Source of the DNA: Escherichia phage vB_EcoM_ESCO32
Length of the DNA: 64,000 nucleotides
Strand: one strand, 5' to 3'
Sequence record: OM386658.1
Part shown: positions 52,965-62,466 of the stretch, piece after piece
How positions within the stretch are numbered: the stretch's first letter is position 1
Layout: every line of letters starts with the position of its first letter
Notes under the pieces: generated by a model
Told to the model about the DNA's origin: nothing
What the model saw: only the letters and a program-made list of their open reading frames with translations
The model's database searches: none
Translations under genes and position numbers: made by a program

Positions 52965-53315
52965 ATGCTTGATGTAATTATTAATGGTGTTAAATATATT
53001 CCTTATGTAGAGAAAAGCAATCCTGATGCCTTGGATGTTATGTTTGAGGATTCAGATCTTGGTACTGTCACTGTACGGGAATATTTCCGACAACTACTCT
53101 CTACGTTATGGAGAGAAGAAGAGTGTTTTAATGGTAAACGTCCATTTGGTAACTCATGCTGGCAATTTGATATGATCCGCGCCTTAATTGAGGCAGGGTA
53201 TATTGAAGGTACAGTTGTGTACGATGAAGATGGATATCCAGAAGAGACTGACTACGACAGCAAAGAAGCTAATAAATTTATACAGGGCTTGATTGCACAG
53301 ATGTGTTTGGGTTAA
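52965..53315 (+). CDS. hypothetical protein
   Basis: Track ORF; AAGGAG SD. Confidence 0.55.
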   Translation: MLDVIINGVKYIPYVEKSNPDALDVMFEDSDLGTVTVREYFRQLLSTLWREEECFNGKRPFGNSCWQFDMIRALIEAGYIEGTVVYDEDGYPEETDYDSKEANKFIQGLIAQMCLG

Positions 53316-53316
53316 T

Positions 53317-53703
53317 ATGAAAGTATTAAATTTTTACCACTTAGGTAAAGTAATACCTGAAGGTGCAGTTTACATTGGCAGAGCTATGCCTCATATGGGG
53401 TTAAAAGCCTCAAAGTTTGCAAATCCTTTTAAGTTAAAGGATGATGAACCACGAGGGTCAACTATACAAAGATATAAAGAGTGGTTGTGGGAACAAATTC
53501 GTTGTGGTAAAATCACTCTTGAGGATTTGTTAGAATTAGAAGGGAAAGACTTAGTTTGCTTCTGCGCACCTCAACCTTGTCATGGTGATGTGTTGGTAGC
53601 AGCGGTTGCTTGGGCTAGAACAGAGTGGGATAAAAGGCATCCTACTTACACAGATGATTATTGGATTTGGGAGGATATTTATGAAGACTACACAAGAAAT
53701 TAA
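53317..53703 (+). CDS. DUF4326-like protein
   Basis: Track ORF trimmed to ATG 53317; YIGRAMP...FANPF...CFCAPQPCHGDVL motif pattern recalled for DUF4326. Confidence 0.45.
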   Translation: MKVLNFYHLGKVIPEGAVYIGRAMPHMGLKASKFANPFKLKDDEPRGSTIQRYKEWLWEQIRCGKITLEDLLELEGKDLVCFCAPQPCHGDVLVAAVAWARTEWDKRHPTYTDDYWIWEDIYEDYTRN

Positions 53704-54046
53704 GGTATTTGATCTGTCAGGCTTAGATATGGAAAAAGCAACCCTGTATCATCACGATAAAGATAATATTACGTACATCTACATCGGAGCAGATAAATAT
53801 AACATTCCTGAAAACTCCCTAGCGGTAATGAAGGAAGGGGATATGCCTTTGCAAGAGAAGATGATTGGTTTTTCCTTTCGTCAAGATGTTAAGATGGATG
53901 GTGTTATTGCTATCTTCCAGGTAGACGAGTTTTATATGGTTACTTTTGTCACACCAAATTTCACCAATATCAATGGGGAAGAGGCAGCAAACGATGTTAT
54001 TGTTCTAACGTTGGGTAATGCCTTAAAAGATTTAGAAAACGTTTAA
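53681..54046 (+). CDS. hypothetical protein
   Basis: Track ORF 53606..54046 trimmed to ATG 53681. Confidence 0.5.
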   Translation: MKTTQEIKVFDLSGLDMEKATLYHHDKDNITYIYIGADKYNIPENSLAVMKEGDMPLQEKMIGFSFRQDVKMDGVIAIFQVDEFYMVTFVTPNFTNINGEEAANDVIVLTLGNALKDLENV

Positions 54047-54067
54047 CAAACCAATAAGGAAAATATA

Positions 54068-54583
54068 ATGTTTTTTGATGCTCAATCTCCACTTGTTGAC
54101 TCTGTAAGCAGGGCGGTAATATATCCAGACTTTGATGAAAGAGAAATATGGCTTAAGGAACACCACTATGATCCAGAAAATGTCAACTGGTGCAATCTGG
54201 ATGTTGGTAAGTATCCGCGAGATAAGGGCATCTTGAAATATTATGCTTGCTATACGGTGGATAACATCTATGAATACTACGTGTTTCGTAGTTTGATTAT
54301 CCATTTAAATAAATTGGGTGCTCTAACAGGGGATTCTCAATTCACTCTAGGCCACTATAAACCATTTAAGAAAGGTGGAGAGCACTTTCCAAGCAATTGG
54401 ATTATACAAACATTAAAAGATAATTCTCGTGCTAGTGATGTTATCCCAGACAAAAAAGAAAAGTGGACATGGCATGAGCAAATGGAGTATATTATACAAC
54501 ATATGCCACAACGTGTATTGTATGAGGAAAAGTTGGTCAACCGTTGTGCCGAGTTAATACAGATTGTTAAAGGGTTTTACTAG
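54068..54583 (+). CDS. hypothetical protein
   Basis: Track ORF; AAGGAAAA SD. Confidence 0.55.
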   Translation: MFFDAQSPLVDSVSRAVIYPDFDEREIWLKEHHYDPENVNWCNLDVGKYPRDKGILKYYACYTVDNIYEYYVFRSLIIHLNKLGALTGDSQFTLGHYKPFKKGGEHFPSNWIIQTLKDNSRASDVIPDKKEKWTWHEQMEYIIQHMPQRVLYEEKLVNRCAELIQIVKGFY

Positions 54584-54591
54584 GGGGAAAT

Positions 54592-55068
54592 ATGTCTAAA
54601 CGTTTTGGTCGTAATCAAAAAAGAAAGTTAAGTGCTCAACTAGCAGCTTTGCAAAAAGAGGTTAACACTTTACAAAAAAGTGTTTGTGAACTTAAGGAAC
54701 AAAACCAACTTGAAAAAGAGTGTATCCAGCTTACACAGGAAGTTATTGGTGAGTATTTTCCTTCACTAGTTCCTAAGAAGGTGGCTCTTAGGGAAAATCT
54801 ACCTTTTACCTTGTCCTTAATGCAAGCAAATGATAGATTCCAAACTGAAACTGATGATTTGATGTTTGCAATGCATCAATTACATGGTTTAGAATATACA
54901 GCACAAGTGGATAAACTTCGTAACATGTTATATGTGCGGGTAGAAACACCTAAAGGTGAGACAGTAGCTTTTAATTATAATTTCCAACAGCTACCTGATC
55001 ATATTATTGAACAAATTTTAAAACGAGATTTTGTTCCTATGCTTGTTAAACAAATTAAGAGAGGTTGA
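54592..55068 (+). CDS. hypothetical protein
   Basis: Track ORF; AGGGGGAAA SD. Confidence 0.55.
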   Translation: MSKRFGRNQKRKLSAQLAALQKEVNTLQKSVCELKEQNQLEKECIQLTQEVIGEYFPSLVPKKVALRENLPFTLSLMQANDRFQTETDDLMFAMHQLHGLEYTAQVDKLRNMLYVRVETPKGETVAFNYNFQQLPDHIIEQILKRDFVPMLVKQIKRG

Positions 55069-55069
55069 A

Positions 55070-57844
55070 ATGGCTAAGAAAGAGTTGAGCTTCACTCCGA
55101 CAGAAGAGCAAACAGCTATTAAGGAGGCTTTTCCAGACCATCGCTTTTTAACTATCCAAGCTAAATCTGGGTCAGGCAAAACGTCAACACTTTATTTGCT
55201 GGCTAACAGTACAGAAGATCGCATTCTTTACTTAGCTTTCAATAAAAGCATGGCAGAAGAAGCACGACGTAAGATGCCACTAAATGTAGAATGCCGTACA
55301 TTGCATTCTATTTGCTATCAATTCCTGGATCATCGTTTACGTGCAAAACTGTCACGACCAGAAGGACAGTATGTTAACGTTGCAGGTACAGGTAGTGAGA
55401 TAGCAAAGAAATTTAAGATTAATAATCTTATTGATAAACGAGGGAAAACACTTTTAACTCGTGCTATGATCGGTTTAATGATCAAGCAAACCGTAGGTAA
55501 GTTTGAATTTTCGGATGATCCTTTTATCAGCCGTAAACATTTTCCTAGTGTACATCTTGCAGATATTAAAAGAAAAGGTATTAACGAACACAAACTAATT
55601 ACAGAAGTAGTTAAGTATGCAAAACAATTGTGGCGAGAGCGCATCGATCCTAACACAGACACTTTGATGACGCATGACACCTATGTAAAATTGTTTGAAT
55701 TATCTGGTGCTGATCTTGGTTATGATATTATTTTTGGTGATGAATTCCAGGATGTTAACCCTGCATTCTTATCTATTCTGCGAAATGCTAAATCTGCAAA
55801 ACAAATTGTGGTAGTGGGCGATGAATTCCAATGTGTGTCGGAAAACACGGTACTTAATACCGAGAATGGTCAGGTTACAATGAAAGACCTGCAAATCGGT
55901 GATAAGGTAGAGTCTTATTCTAATGGTAAAGTTACATTTAGAAAAGTAACAAATAAGACTTTATCTACACGTACAAAAGGTAGGAATATTATTACTGCCA
56001 CAGGTAAAACTTTAGATATGACACATAACCATCGTATTTGGGCTTCATCCTATGTTCTGAAAGATGATCAGATGGTGGTATACCTAATGTGGAGGAAAGA
56101 TTTAGGTTTCCGAGTAGGGATCACTAACAAATTCGATGATAAAGAAGGTTTTTCTAAACTGGGGCAACGTACACGTTCTGAAAAAGCACAGAAATTGTGG
56201 GTGTTGGATATTGTTGAAAACCGTGAAGCTGCTATGGAAAAAGAAATGGCATACAGTTTACAATATGGCATTCCTACTTGTGTATTTGAAGCAAGTTCAC
56301 GCGGCATTAATCAAGAAAGGATCAATAACATTTTTGAACAATTCGGACAAAACGGTTTTAAACTTTTAGAGGATAAAGATTATCATTTTGCTTATCCACA
56401 TTGGCACAGCATCAATTGTGCAGTAGATGAAAGAAAAATGTTAACAGTGACTTTGCGAGCACAAGGTTGTAAAGGAACACAAGTTAGTTTTGAGTGGACA
56501 GAAAGTGAAATGTCAATCTATGCTTCACTCATTGAAGCAGGTGTAAGCGTAAGTGTTGCTAAGTTGGAAGGTCGTTACCGTGTACGTAAATATTTCAATT
56601 CTTATCGTGAAGCATTGAGTTTTGCACAAAAGATCCTTGAAATAGTGCCGTTTGCATCTTTAAAAGAATGCATGTCCTCTGTGAACACCGCCAAATATAC
56701 TTTAATTCCGGCGGCGGGTTTGTTTAAAGGCATGTCTGTGTTGGTAAAAGATGGTGATACTGTAACGGCAGAAGAAATTGTGGACATTGTAGATAGTGAA
56801 GGTATCTATTATGATATTGAAGTAGAGGATACTGCTAACTTCTTTGGCAATGAAATTCTTAGCCACAACTGCATTTATCAATTTAGAGGTAGCTCTAATA
56901 TGATGATTGAAACAGCTAAGTATGGGGCAGAGCTTCCATTAACTGCTTGCTTCCGTTTTGGCCCCAAAGTGGCAAACATTGCCAATATGATTTTAAGCGA
57001 TAAAGAACCTTTGCGTCATCCTTTGGTTGGTAAAGGCTTTGATACTGTAGTAGGTAGCTACAAATCAGATGTTGTAGACTATACAAAACCTTACACTATC
57101 ATCTTTCGCAAGAATTTAACCTTGCTTATGGAGGCAATGGATCGTATTGCAGATGGGGAAGAAATTATTATTAACGTAGACACCAGGGATTTTATCTCTA
57201 TGGTAGATAGTGTTAATGCTCTTCGGAGAGGAGATATTGAGAAAGTAAAACATGAAACTGTATTACCTTACGCAGACTGGGATGAATTTGTTGAGTGTGC
57301 AGAGGCTGATCCAGATGCTAAACGCTTGTTAAACATTGTAGTTTCTGGTAAGGCAAACACTATAGCACATACACTTAGAACGCATAGAAATTCTCCTACA
57401 GCAAAAGTCACACTGACTACAGCACATAAGTCTAAAGGTTTGGAGTGGGATCAGGTTATTGTTGCTAATGATTTTCCTTCCAATTATGATAAAAAGACTG
57501 GTGAGTGGGTAGGACTAGAAGAGGCAGAGCGAAACCTACTGTATGTAGCGCATACCCGTTGTGTTAAATGCTTACAATGGAACACAACCGTACAGGAGAT
57601 TATAGATATCAACCGTGTTGCAACAGAGAAAGTACCAACAAGCACCACTTTACCGATCAATGGTATTAAACTTGGTGTATTTGGCGCTGGCACATCTCGA
57701 AAAGCTGTAGAAAAATTTGTTGCAGATTCTTTTGATGGTAACTATAATCATGCACAAGCATATGAGAGTTGGCTAGAGGAAGGTGAAGGTGATTTTTTAG
57801 GTGAAATAAATCTTTTACCAGACATAAATAAACTGGTAAACTAA
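55070..57844 (+). CDS. UvrD/PcrA-like superfamily 1 helicase containing an intein
   Basis: Track ORF trimmed to ATG 55070; Walker A AKSGSGKTST, motif II IIFGDEFQD; motif III is split (VVVGDEFQ / CIYQFRGSS) by a 346-aa insertion. Confidence 0.8.
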   Translation: MAKKELSFTPTEEQTAIKEAFPDHRFLTIQAKSGSGKTSTLYLLANSTEDRILYLAFNKSMAEEARRKMPLNVECRTLHSICYQFLDHRLRAKLSRPEGQYVNVAGTGSEIAKKFKINNLIDKRGKTLLTRAMIGLMIKQTVGKFEFSDDPFISRKHFPSVHLADIKRKGINEHKLITEVVKYAKQLWRERIDPNTDTLMTHDTYVKLFELSGADLGYDIIFGDEFQDVNPAFLSILRNAKSAKQIVVVGDEFQCVSENTVLNTENGQVTMKDLQIGDKVESYSNGKVTFRKVTNKTLSTRTKGRNIITATGKTLDMTHNHRIWASSYVLKDDQMVVYLMWRKDLGFRVGITNKFDDKEGFSKLGQRTRSEKAQKLWVLDIVENREAAMEKEMAYSLQYGIPTCVFEASSRGINQERINNIFEQFGQNGFKLLEDKDYHFAYPHWHSINCAVDERKMLTVTLRAQGCKGTQVSFEWTESEMSIYASLIEAGVSVSVAKLEGRYRVRKYFNSYREALSFAQKILEIVPFASLKECMSSVNTAKYTLIPAAGLFKGMSVLVKDGDTVTAEEIVDIVDSEGIYYDIEVEDTANFFGNEILSHNCIYQFRGSSNMMIETAKYGAELPLTACFRFGPKVANIANMILSDKEPLRHPLVGKGFDTVVGSYKSDVVDYTKPYTIIFRKNLTLLMEAMDRIADGEEIIINVDTRDFISMVDSVNALRRGDIEKVKHETVLPYADWDEFVECAEADPDAKRLLNIVVSGKANTIAHTLRTHRNSPTAKVTLTTAHKSKGLEWDQVIVANDFPSNYDKKTGEWVGLEEAERNLLYVAHTRCVKCLQWNTTVQEIIDINRVATEKVPTSTTLPINGIKLGVFGAGTSRKAVEKFVADSFDGNYNHAQAYESWLEEGEGDFLGEINLLPDINKLVN
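55832..56869 (+). mobile_element. intein (346 aa) inserted in helicase motif III
   Basis: Starts with Cys (CVSENTVLN, block A), block B LDMTHNHRIW, C-terminal blocks YYDIEVEDTANFFGNEILSHN ending His-Asn, followed by +1 Cys; size implies an internal endonuclease-like domain. Confidence 0.75.
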
Positions 57845-57854
57845 GGGGGTTAAA

Positions 57855-58106
57855 GTGGCAGGGTATCATTTGAAGGAGATTAGCAAAGAGGAATATGGTT
57901 CTGTTGCTAAGATTCAAGAAGAGCTTTATGAACTTCAAGATGCTATTGATCAAGATTGCAAGCTGATGCAACTTATTGAGTTATCAGATATTGTAGGCGC
58001 TGTTGAAGGTGTTCTTGAACAGCATTTTCCTGGTATGACGCTTCAAGATTTGATCACTATGTCAAACATTACTAAACGTGCATTCCGCAATGGAGGTCGA
58101 TCATGA
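57855..58106 (+). CDS. possible MazG-like nucleotide pyrophosphohydrolase
   Basis: 83 aa, GTG start after AAGGGGG; EExxEL...ELSDIVGAVEGVLE pattern weakly like MazG-family helices. Confidence 0.35.
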   Translation: MAGYHLKEISKEEYGSVAKIQEELYELQDAIDQDCKLMQLIELSDIVGAVEGVLEQHFPGMTLQDLITMSNITKRAFRNGGRS

Positions 58107-58675
58107 ATGTTGCAGTAATAGCTCAAGCTATTGATTACTATGGTCGATTTGCACAAATGTTAGAAGTTCCATATCTCGTGGATGCTGATATACTGGCGTA
58201 TACACTACCAGAAAATAAAGAGGATCGCCCATTAGGGCATCCTAACGGTAAATACTATGTAGCTAGTGCAGAACAATCTTTCCTGCAAATGGAGAAGGAT
58301 GGTTTTGAATTTGCAGTAGGTAATCCGTATATGGCACTAACACCATGTTACCGCACAGAAGAAAATTTAGATGATACCCATTTTAATATTTTCTTGAAAT
58401 TGGAGTTGATTGAGTTCTACCCTGATGCTACAATTGAAGAGTATGCTAACTCTATACGCTGTTTCTTCTCTACTTATTATGGAGTTAAAACATATTTAGT
58501 ACCCACTAATATTGGGGTTGACGTAGAGGATGAATATGGTTTAGAATTAGGTTCATTCGGTATGAGGGAGTCTCCAAGAGGTCATCCTTATATCTATGCA
58601 ACAGGTATTGCGGAGCCTAGGGCTTCACTGGCAATAAACCGTGTTGTAAATAACATTCAAAGCATTAGCAAATAA
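58103..58675 (+). CDS. hypothetical protein
   Basis: Track ORF. Confidence 0.55.
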   Translation: MNVAVIAQAIDYYGRFAQMLEVPYLVDADILAYTLPENKEDRPLGHPNGKYYVASAEQSFLQMEKDGFEFAVGNPYMALTPCYRTEENLDDTHFNIFLKLELIEFYPDATIEEYANSIRCFFSTYYGVKTYLVPTNIGVDVEDEYGLELGSFGMRESPRGHPYIYATGIAEPRASLAINRVVNNIQSISK

Positions 58676-58687
58676 AAGGAGAATAGA

Positions 58688-59122
58688 ATGTCTATTGTGA
58701 CACAAATGAAAGCAGATCGTATCTTAGCACGTACAACCGATAAGGGTGCTTTTGCTTTGTTAACTAATATTATTGGTGAGTTTGACCTTGCTCGTACTCA
58801 AAAGGCAAATCTAAACAAATCAGAAGACGATATTATGATTAACATTGTTAAGATTGGTATTGCACACGCTAAAGAGGAACTAGACTCACTTAAGAAAGTT
58901 AATGCCTCCATTAGCAAATGTGAGCGAGCTATGCGTGATATCACCACTCTGGAAAAATATTTGCCAGAAATGCTATCTGAAGATGATCTTCGAGCTATTG
59001 CTGAAGAATTTGCCTTGACAGGCAAGAAAATGCCAGATATGATGAAACACCTTAAAGCAGAGTATCCGAATCAATATGATGGAAAACTTGCTTCTACCAT
59101 TGCAAAAGAAATTTTAAACTAA
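58688..59122 (+). CDS. GatB/YqeY-domain protein
   Basis: 144 aa; EKYLPEMLSEDDLRAIAEEF matches the YqeY motif EEYLPEQLSEEEL; AAAGGAG SD. Confidence 0.6.
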   Translation: MSIVTQMKADRILARTTDKGAFALLTNIIGEFDLARTQKANLNKSEDDIMINIVKIGIAHAKEELDSLKKVNASISKCERAMRDITTLEKYLPEMLSEDDLRAIAEEFALTGKKMPDMMKHLKAEYPNQYDGKLASTIAKEILN

Positions 59123-59139
59123 TTTAGAAGGAGAACATA

Positions 59140-60090
59140 ATGATTGCATTTTACGCTAATAAACTGGAAGTTAAAAAAGCAGCAGAAGAGATGGGTATCC
59201 TGCATATTCTTAACGAAGCAATTCACAAGAGTTTTGGTTACACAACTGAAGCAGAAATCAATGATCTGATTCACAGTGTTAATGATTTGTTCTTCTACCC
59301 TAACTTTCTACAGCAGTTAGATGGTTGTGGATTTGAATATATGGAGCTTCATCCTGAATATACATTTATGGAAGTAACACCTGAAGGTTTTCTGGAGATT
59401 ATTCGTACTGAATATCTTGCTAAAGAGGATAAAGAAAAAGATATGGCTGAAAAAGTACAACTGACTGTGCATAATACGTGTTTCCTGGATACTGAGGCCA
59501 CGGAAGAAAATATTAATTATCTGCTTTCCGTTTGTAATCCTCGTTGTCCACAACCACATTGGAAAAATGCAGATCATTATCTAATGTATTCAACTGAAGA
59601 AAACATTACTTTCTTCGATGAAAACAGTGGTATTAATGGTGCACATAAGAATTCTCCATATAGGAAAGATCGGTTTGTAGTTGATGTAAAAACATTTACT
59701 AAACTGTTTGATGAGTATTATTCAAAAAATGAAAGTAAGACTGAATCTTCACCAAAACCACGTTTTCGCCGACCGCGTAAACCTGTGCCTACTCGTTCTG
59801 TAAGTTATGTTCGTATCATTTACACTACACAGCAGGTATATACTCTTAAGAACGTAAGTGCTCTTACTGTACAAGAAGATGCAATTAATATTGTGCGCAA
59901 TAATGTTATTACAGAGGGTATTGAGGAAAAGATTATGTCTGTTATCGATCCTAAACTTGTTATGGCAATCATTATTAATGAACCAAAAGGTGTAACAACA
60001 TTGTTCCGAAATATTCACGGTACTTGGGAAACTCAAGTTGACGGTTTGACTTCTGACGGTTGTACACGTATTACCAAAAACCTTGACTAA
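59140..60090 (+). CDS. hypothetical protein
   Basis: Track ORF; GAAGGAG SD. Confidence 0.6.
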   Translation: MIAFYANKLEVKKAAEEMGILHILNEAIHKSFGYTTEAEINDLIHSVNDLFFYPNFLQQLDGCGFEYMELHPEYTFMEVTPEGFLEIIRTEYLAKEDKEKDMAEKVQLTVHNTCFLDTEATEENINYLLSVCNPRCPQPHWKNADHYLMYSTEENITFFDENSGINGAHKNSPYRKDRFVVDVKTFTKLFDEYYSKNESKTESSPKPRFRRPRKPVPTRSVSYVRIIYTTQQVYTLKNVSALTVQEDAINIVRNNVITEGIEEKIMSVIDPKLVMAIIINEPKGVTTLFRNIHGTWETQVDGLTSDGCTRITKNLD

Positions 60091-60137
60091 GATCAAGGAC
60101 AATCTTACGAAAAAGATTTAAAATAAAGATCCACCCT

Positions 60138-60166
60138 AAAGCCAGCTTAATGCTGGCTTTTATTTT
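60138..60166 (+). terminator. rho-independent terminator
   Basis: GCCAGC-ttaat-GCTGGC hairpin plus TTTTATTTT. Confidence 0.55.
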
Positions 60167-60179
60167 CCACGGAGGATTA

Positions 60180-61979
60180 ATGACCCAAAAACTATATGAG
60201 GATGTAATCGGATTCCTCGAACAAACATCCGAAGAATTTACTCGTGAAAATGCAAACAAACCTGCAATGATTGTTAATACTCACCGAGACTTACTAGCAG
60301 GTATCCTAAGCAAGCACATGGCAATGACCCATATTTTACCGGAAGATCTGGCAGAATGGCATAAGAGTGGGTATGGTCACATTCACGATTTAGATTATTT
60401 ACTCTCACCTCTAACTAATTGTTGCCTGGTAAATTACCAAGATATGCTTGAGAACGGTTTCCGTATTGGTAATGCGCATATTGAAAAACCAAAATCTATT
60501 GGCGTAGCAACTACTGTCCTAACTCAAATTATTCAAGCAGTAGCTTCTAGCCAATATGGTGGACAAACTTGTGCACATGTTGATACTGGGCTTAGTCAAT
60601 ACGTTAAAGCAAGTTTTAATAAAATATATGCCGATGTTGGCGATTATGATATTGCTATGCGTATGGTAGATAAACAGGTCTATGATGCAATGCAAACTTT
60701 AATCTACCAGGTGAACACTCTAATGAGTGTAAATGGTCAGTCACCTTTTATAACAATTAGTTTAGGTTTGGATACCTCTGCTTTTGGTAGAATGATCACT
60801 AAAAACTACCTAATGGTGCACAAACAAGGATTGGGAAAAGATAGGGTAACTCCTGTGTTTCCTAAAGTTATCTTCTTCTTGGAAGATGGTGTTAACATGA
60901 AAGCTGGCGATCCAAATTATGATTTGAAGCAACTGGCAATGGAGTGTTGTGCTGAACGCATTTATCCTGATTTTATCTCTGTACCTTTAAACAAAGAAGT
61001 TACAGGATCTTCAGATGGTCGCGTTACAAGCATGGGTTGCCGTAGCTTCTTGTCATACTATGCAACAGAGCAAGGTGAAAAATATGATGGTCGTTTCAAC
61101 TTAGGCGTAGTTTCTTTAAACTTACCTATCATTGCAGCAGAGTCCCGTGAAAAGGGCATCTTATTTACTGAACTGTTGGAACAACATATGGAGATGGCGT
61201 ATAAGGCACATATGCTACGTGTTAACCGTATTAGACATACCAAAGCATCTCAAAACCCTACATTGTTTATGGAAGGGGCTTTAGCTCGACTAGAAGCTAA
61301 TGAAGAGATTGGTAAACTATTCGAAGGTGGTTATGCCTCTATTAGTATCGGTTATGTAGGTTTAGCAGAAGCTATGGAGATTTTATACCCAGGTAACACC
61401 AATCCAAAAGCAATGGGTAAAAACATCCTTCAATATATGAAGGATATCTGTGGCACATTTAAAGAACGTTCTGGTTTAGCTTTTAGTTTGTATGGAACAC
61501 CAGCAGAATCCTTGTGCTATAAATTTGCCAAAGCATTAAATGATCGCTATCCTGGTTCTATTGATCGTGACTACTTGACAAACTCTTTCCATCAACCTGT
61601 GTGGATGCACACTACCCCGTTCCAAAAGTGGGATTATGAGGAAGGTTTTGCACAAATCAGTAATGGTGGGAACATAGGTTATGTAGAAACACCAAACCTT
61701 AAAAATAACTTGCAAGCACTGGAAACTCTTGTAGATTATGCCTACAACAAAATTCCTTATTTTGGCGTGAACCAACCTGTAGATCAGTGTTTCAAATGTG
61801 GTTTTCATGGTGAATTTAAGGCAACAGCTAAAGGCTTCGAGTGTCCAAGTTGTGGCAATCATGAGGAAGAATCTATATCTGTAATCAGAAGAGTGTCAGG
61901 ATATCTTTCTGCCCCTAACTCTCGCCCTTATAATAAAGGTAAAATGCAAGAGGTATTAGAAAGGGAGAAACATTTTTGA
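60180..61979 (+). CDS. nrdD: anaerobic ribonucleoside-triphosphate reductase (class III)
   Basis: Track ORF trimmed to ATG 60180 after GGAGG; about 599 aa; C-terminal Cys cluster CFKCGFHG...CPSCG and glycyl-radical-type RRVSGYL motif. Confidence 0.85.
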   Translation: MTQKLYEDVIGFLEQTSEEFTRENANKPAMIVNTHRDLLAGILSKHMAMTHILPEDLAEWHKSGYGHIHDLDYLLSPLTNCCLVNYQDMLENGFRIGNAHIEKPKSIGVATTVLTQIIQAVASSQYGGQTCAHVDTGLSQYVKASFNKIYADVGDYDIAMRMVDKQVYDAMQTLIYQVNTLMSVNGQSPFITISLGLDTSAFGRMITKNYLMVHKQGLGKDRVTPVFPKVIFFLEDGVNMKAGDPNYDLKQLAMECCAERIYPDFISVPLNKEVTGSSDGRVTSMGCRSFLSYYATEQGEKYDGRFNLGVVSLNLPIIAAESREKGILFTELLEQHMEMAYKAHMLRVNRIRHTKASQNPTLFMEGALARLEANEEIGKLFEGGYASISIGYVGLAEAMEILYPGNTNPKAMGKNILQYMKDICGTFKERSGLAFSLYGTPAESLCYKFAKALNDRYPGSIDRDYLTNSFHQPVWMHTTPFQKWDYEEGFAQISNGGNIGYVETPNLKNNLQALETLVDYAYNKIPYFGVNQPVDQCFKCGFHGEFKATAKGFECPSCGNHEEESISVIRRVSGYLSAPNSRPYNKGKMQEVLEREKHF

Positions 61980-62446
61980 ATTACGCCGGATATGAACCTG
62001 TTGACATGCTCAACGGTGACGGTGTAAGATGCTCTTTGTGGGTGAGCGGTTGTAGCCACGGTTGCCGTGGCTGCTTTAACCAGAAAGCCTGGTCGTATAA
62101 CTACGGACAAGAGTTCACTACTGAAACATTAGATCTTATCTTGAAAGATTTATCTCGACCTTTCATTAAAGGATTAACAGTTTTAGGTGGTGAACCTCTT
62201 GACAAAGAGAACATTGACACTGTAGCGTATGTTCTTGAGAAGGTAAGAGATTGTTTTGGAAACAAAAAAGATATTGTCTTATACACAGGATATCTTTTTG
62301 AAGAAATTCCAGAGAAAATTAAAAAACTGGTTGACATAGTGATAGATGGTAAGTATGATATGAATCAACCAACAACGAAACGTTATAGAGGCTCAGATAA
62401 TCAACGAATGTGGGTTAAGAAAGACAACATTTGGGAATCTGACTAA
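61976..62446 (+). CDS. nrdG: anaerobic RNR activating protein (radical SAM)
   Basis: 156 aa; TTG start overlapping nrdD stop; N-terminus NYAGYEPVDMLNGDGVRCSLWVSGCSHGCRGC parallels T4 NrdG MNYHQYYPVDIVNGPGTRCTLFVSGC...C..C. Confidence 0.85.
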   Translation: MNYAGYEPVDMLNGDGVRCSLWVSGCSHGCRGCFNQKAWSYNYGQEFTTETLDLILKDLSRPFIKGLTVLGGEPLDKENIDTVAYVLEKVRDCFGNKKDIVLYTGYLFEEIPEKIKKLVDIVIDGKYDMNQPTTKRYRGSDNQRMWVKKDNIWESD

Positions 62447-62466
62447 ATTAAATAGAGGAGAAAACT

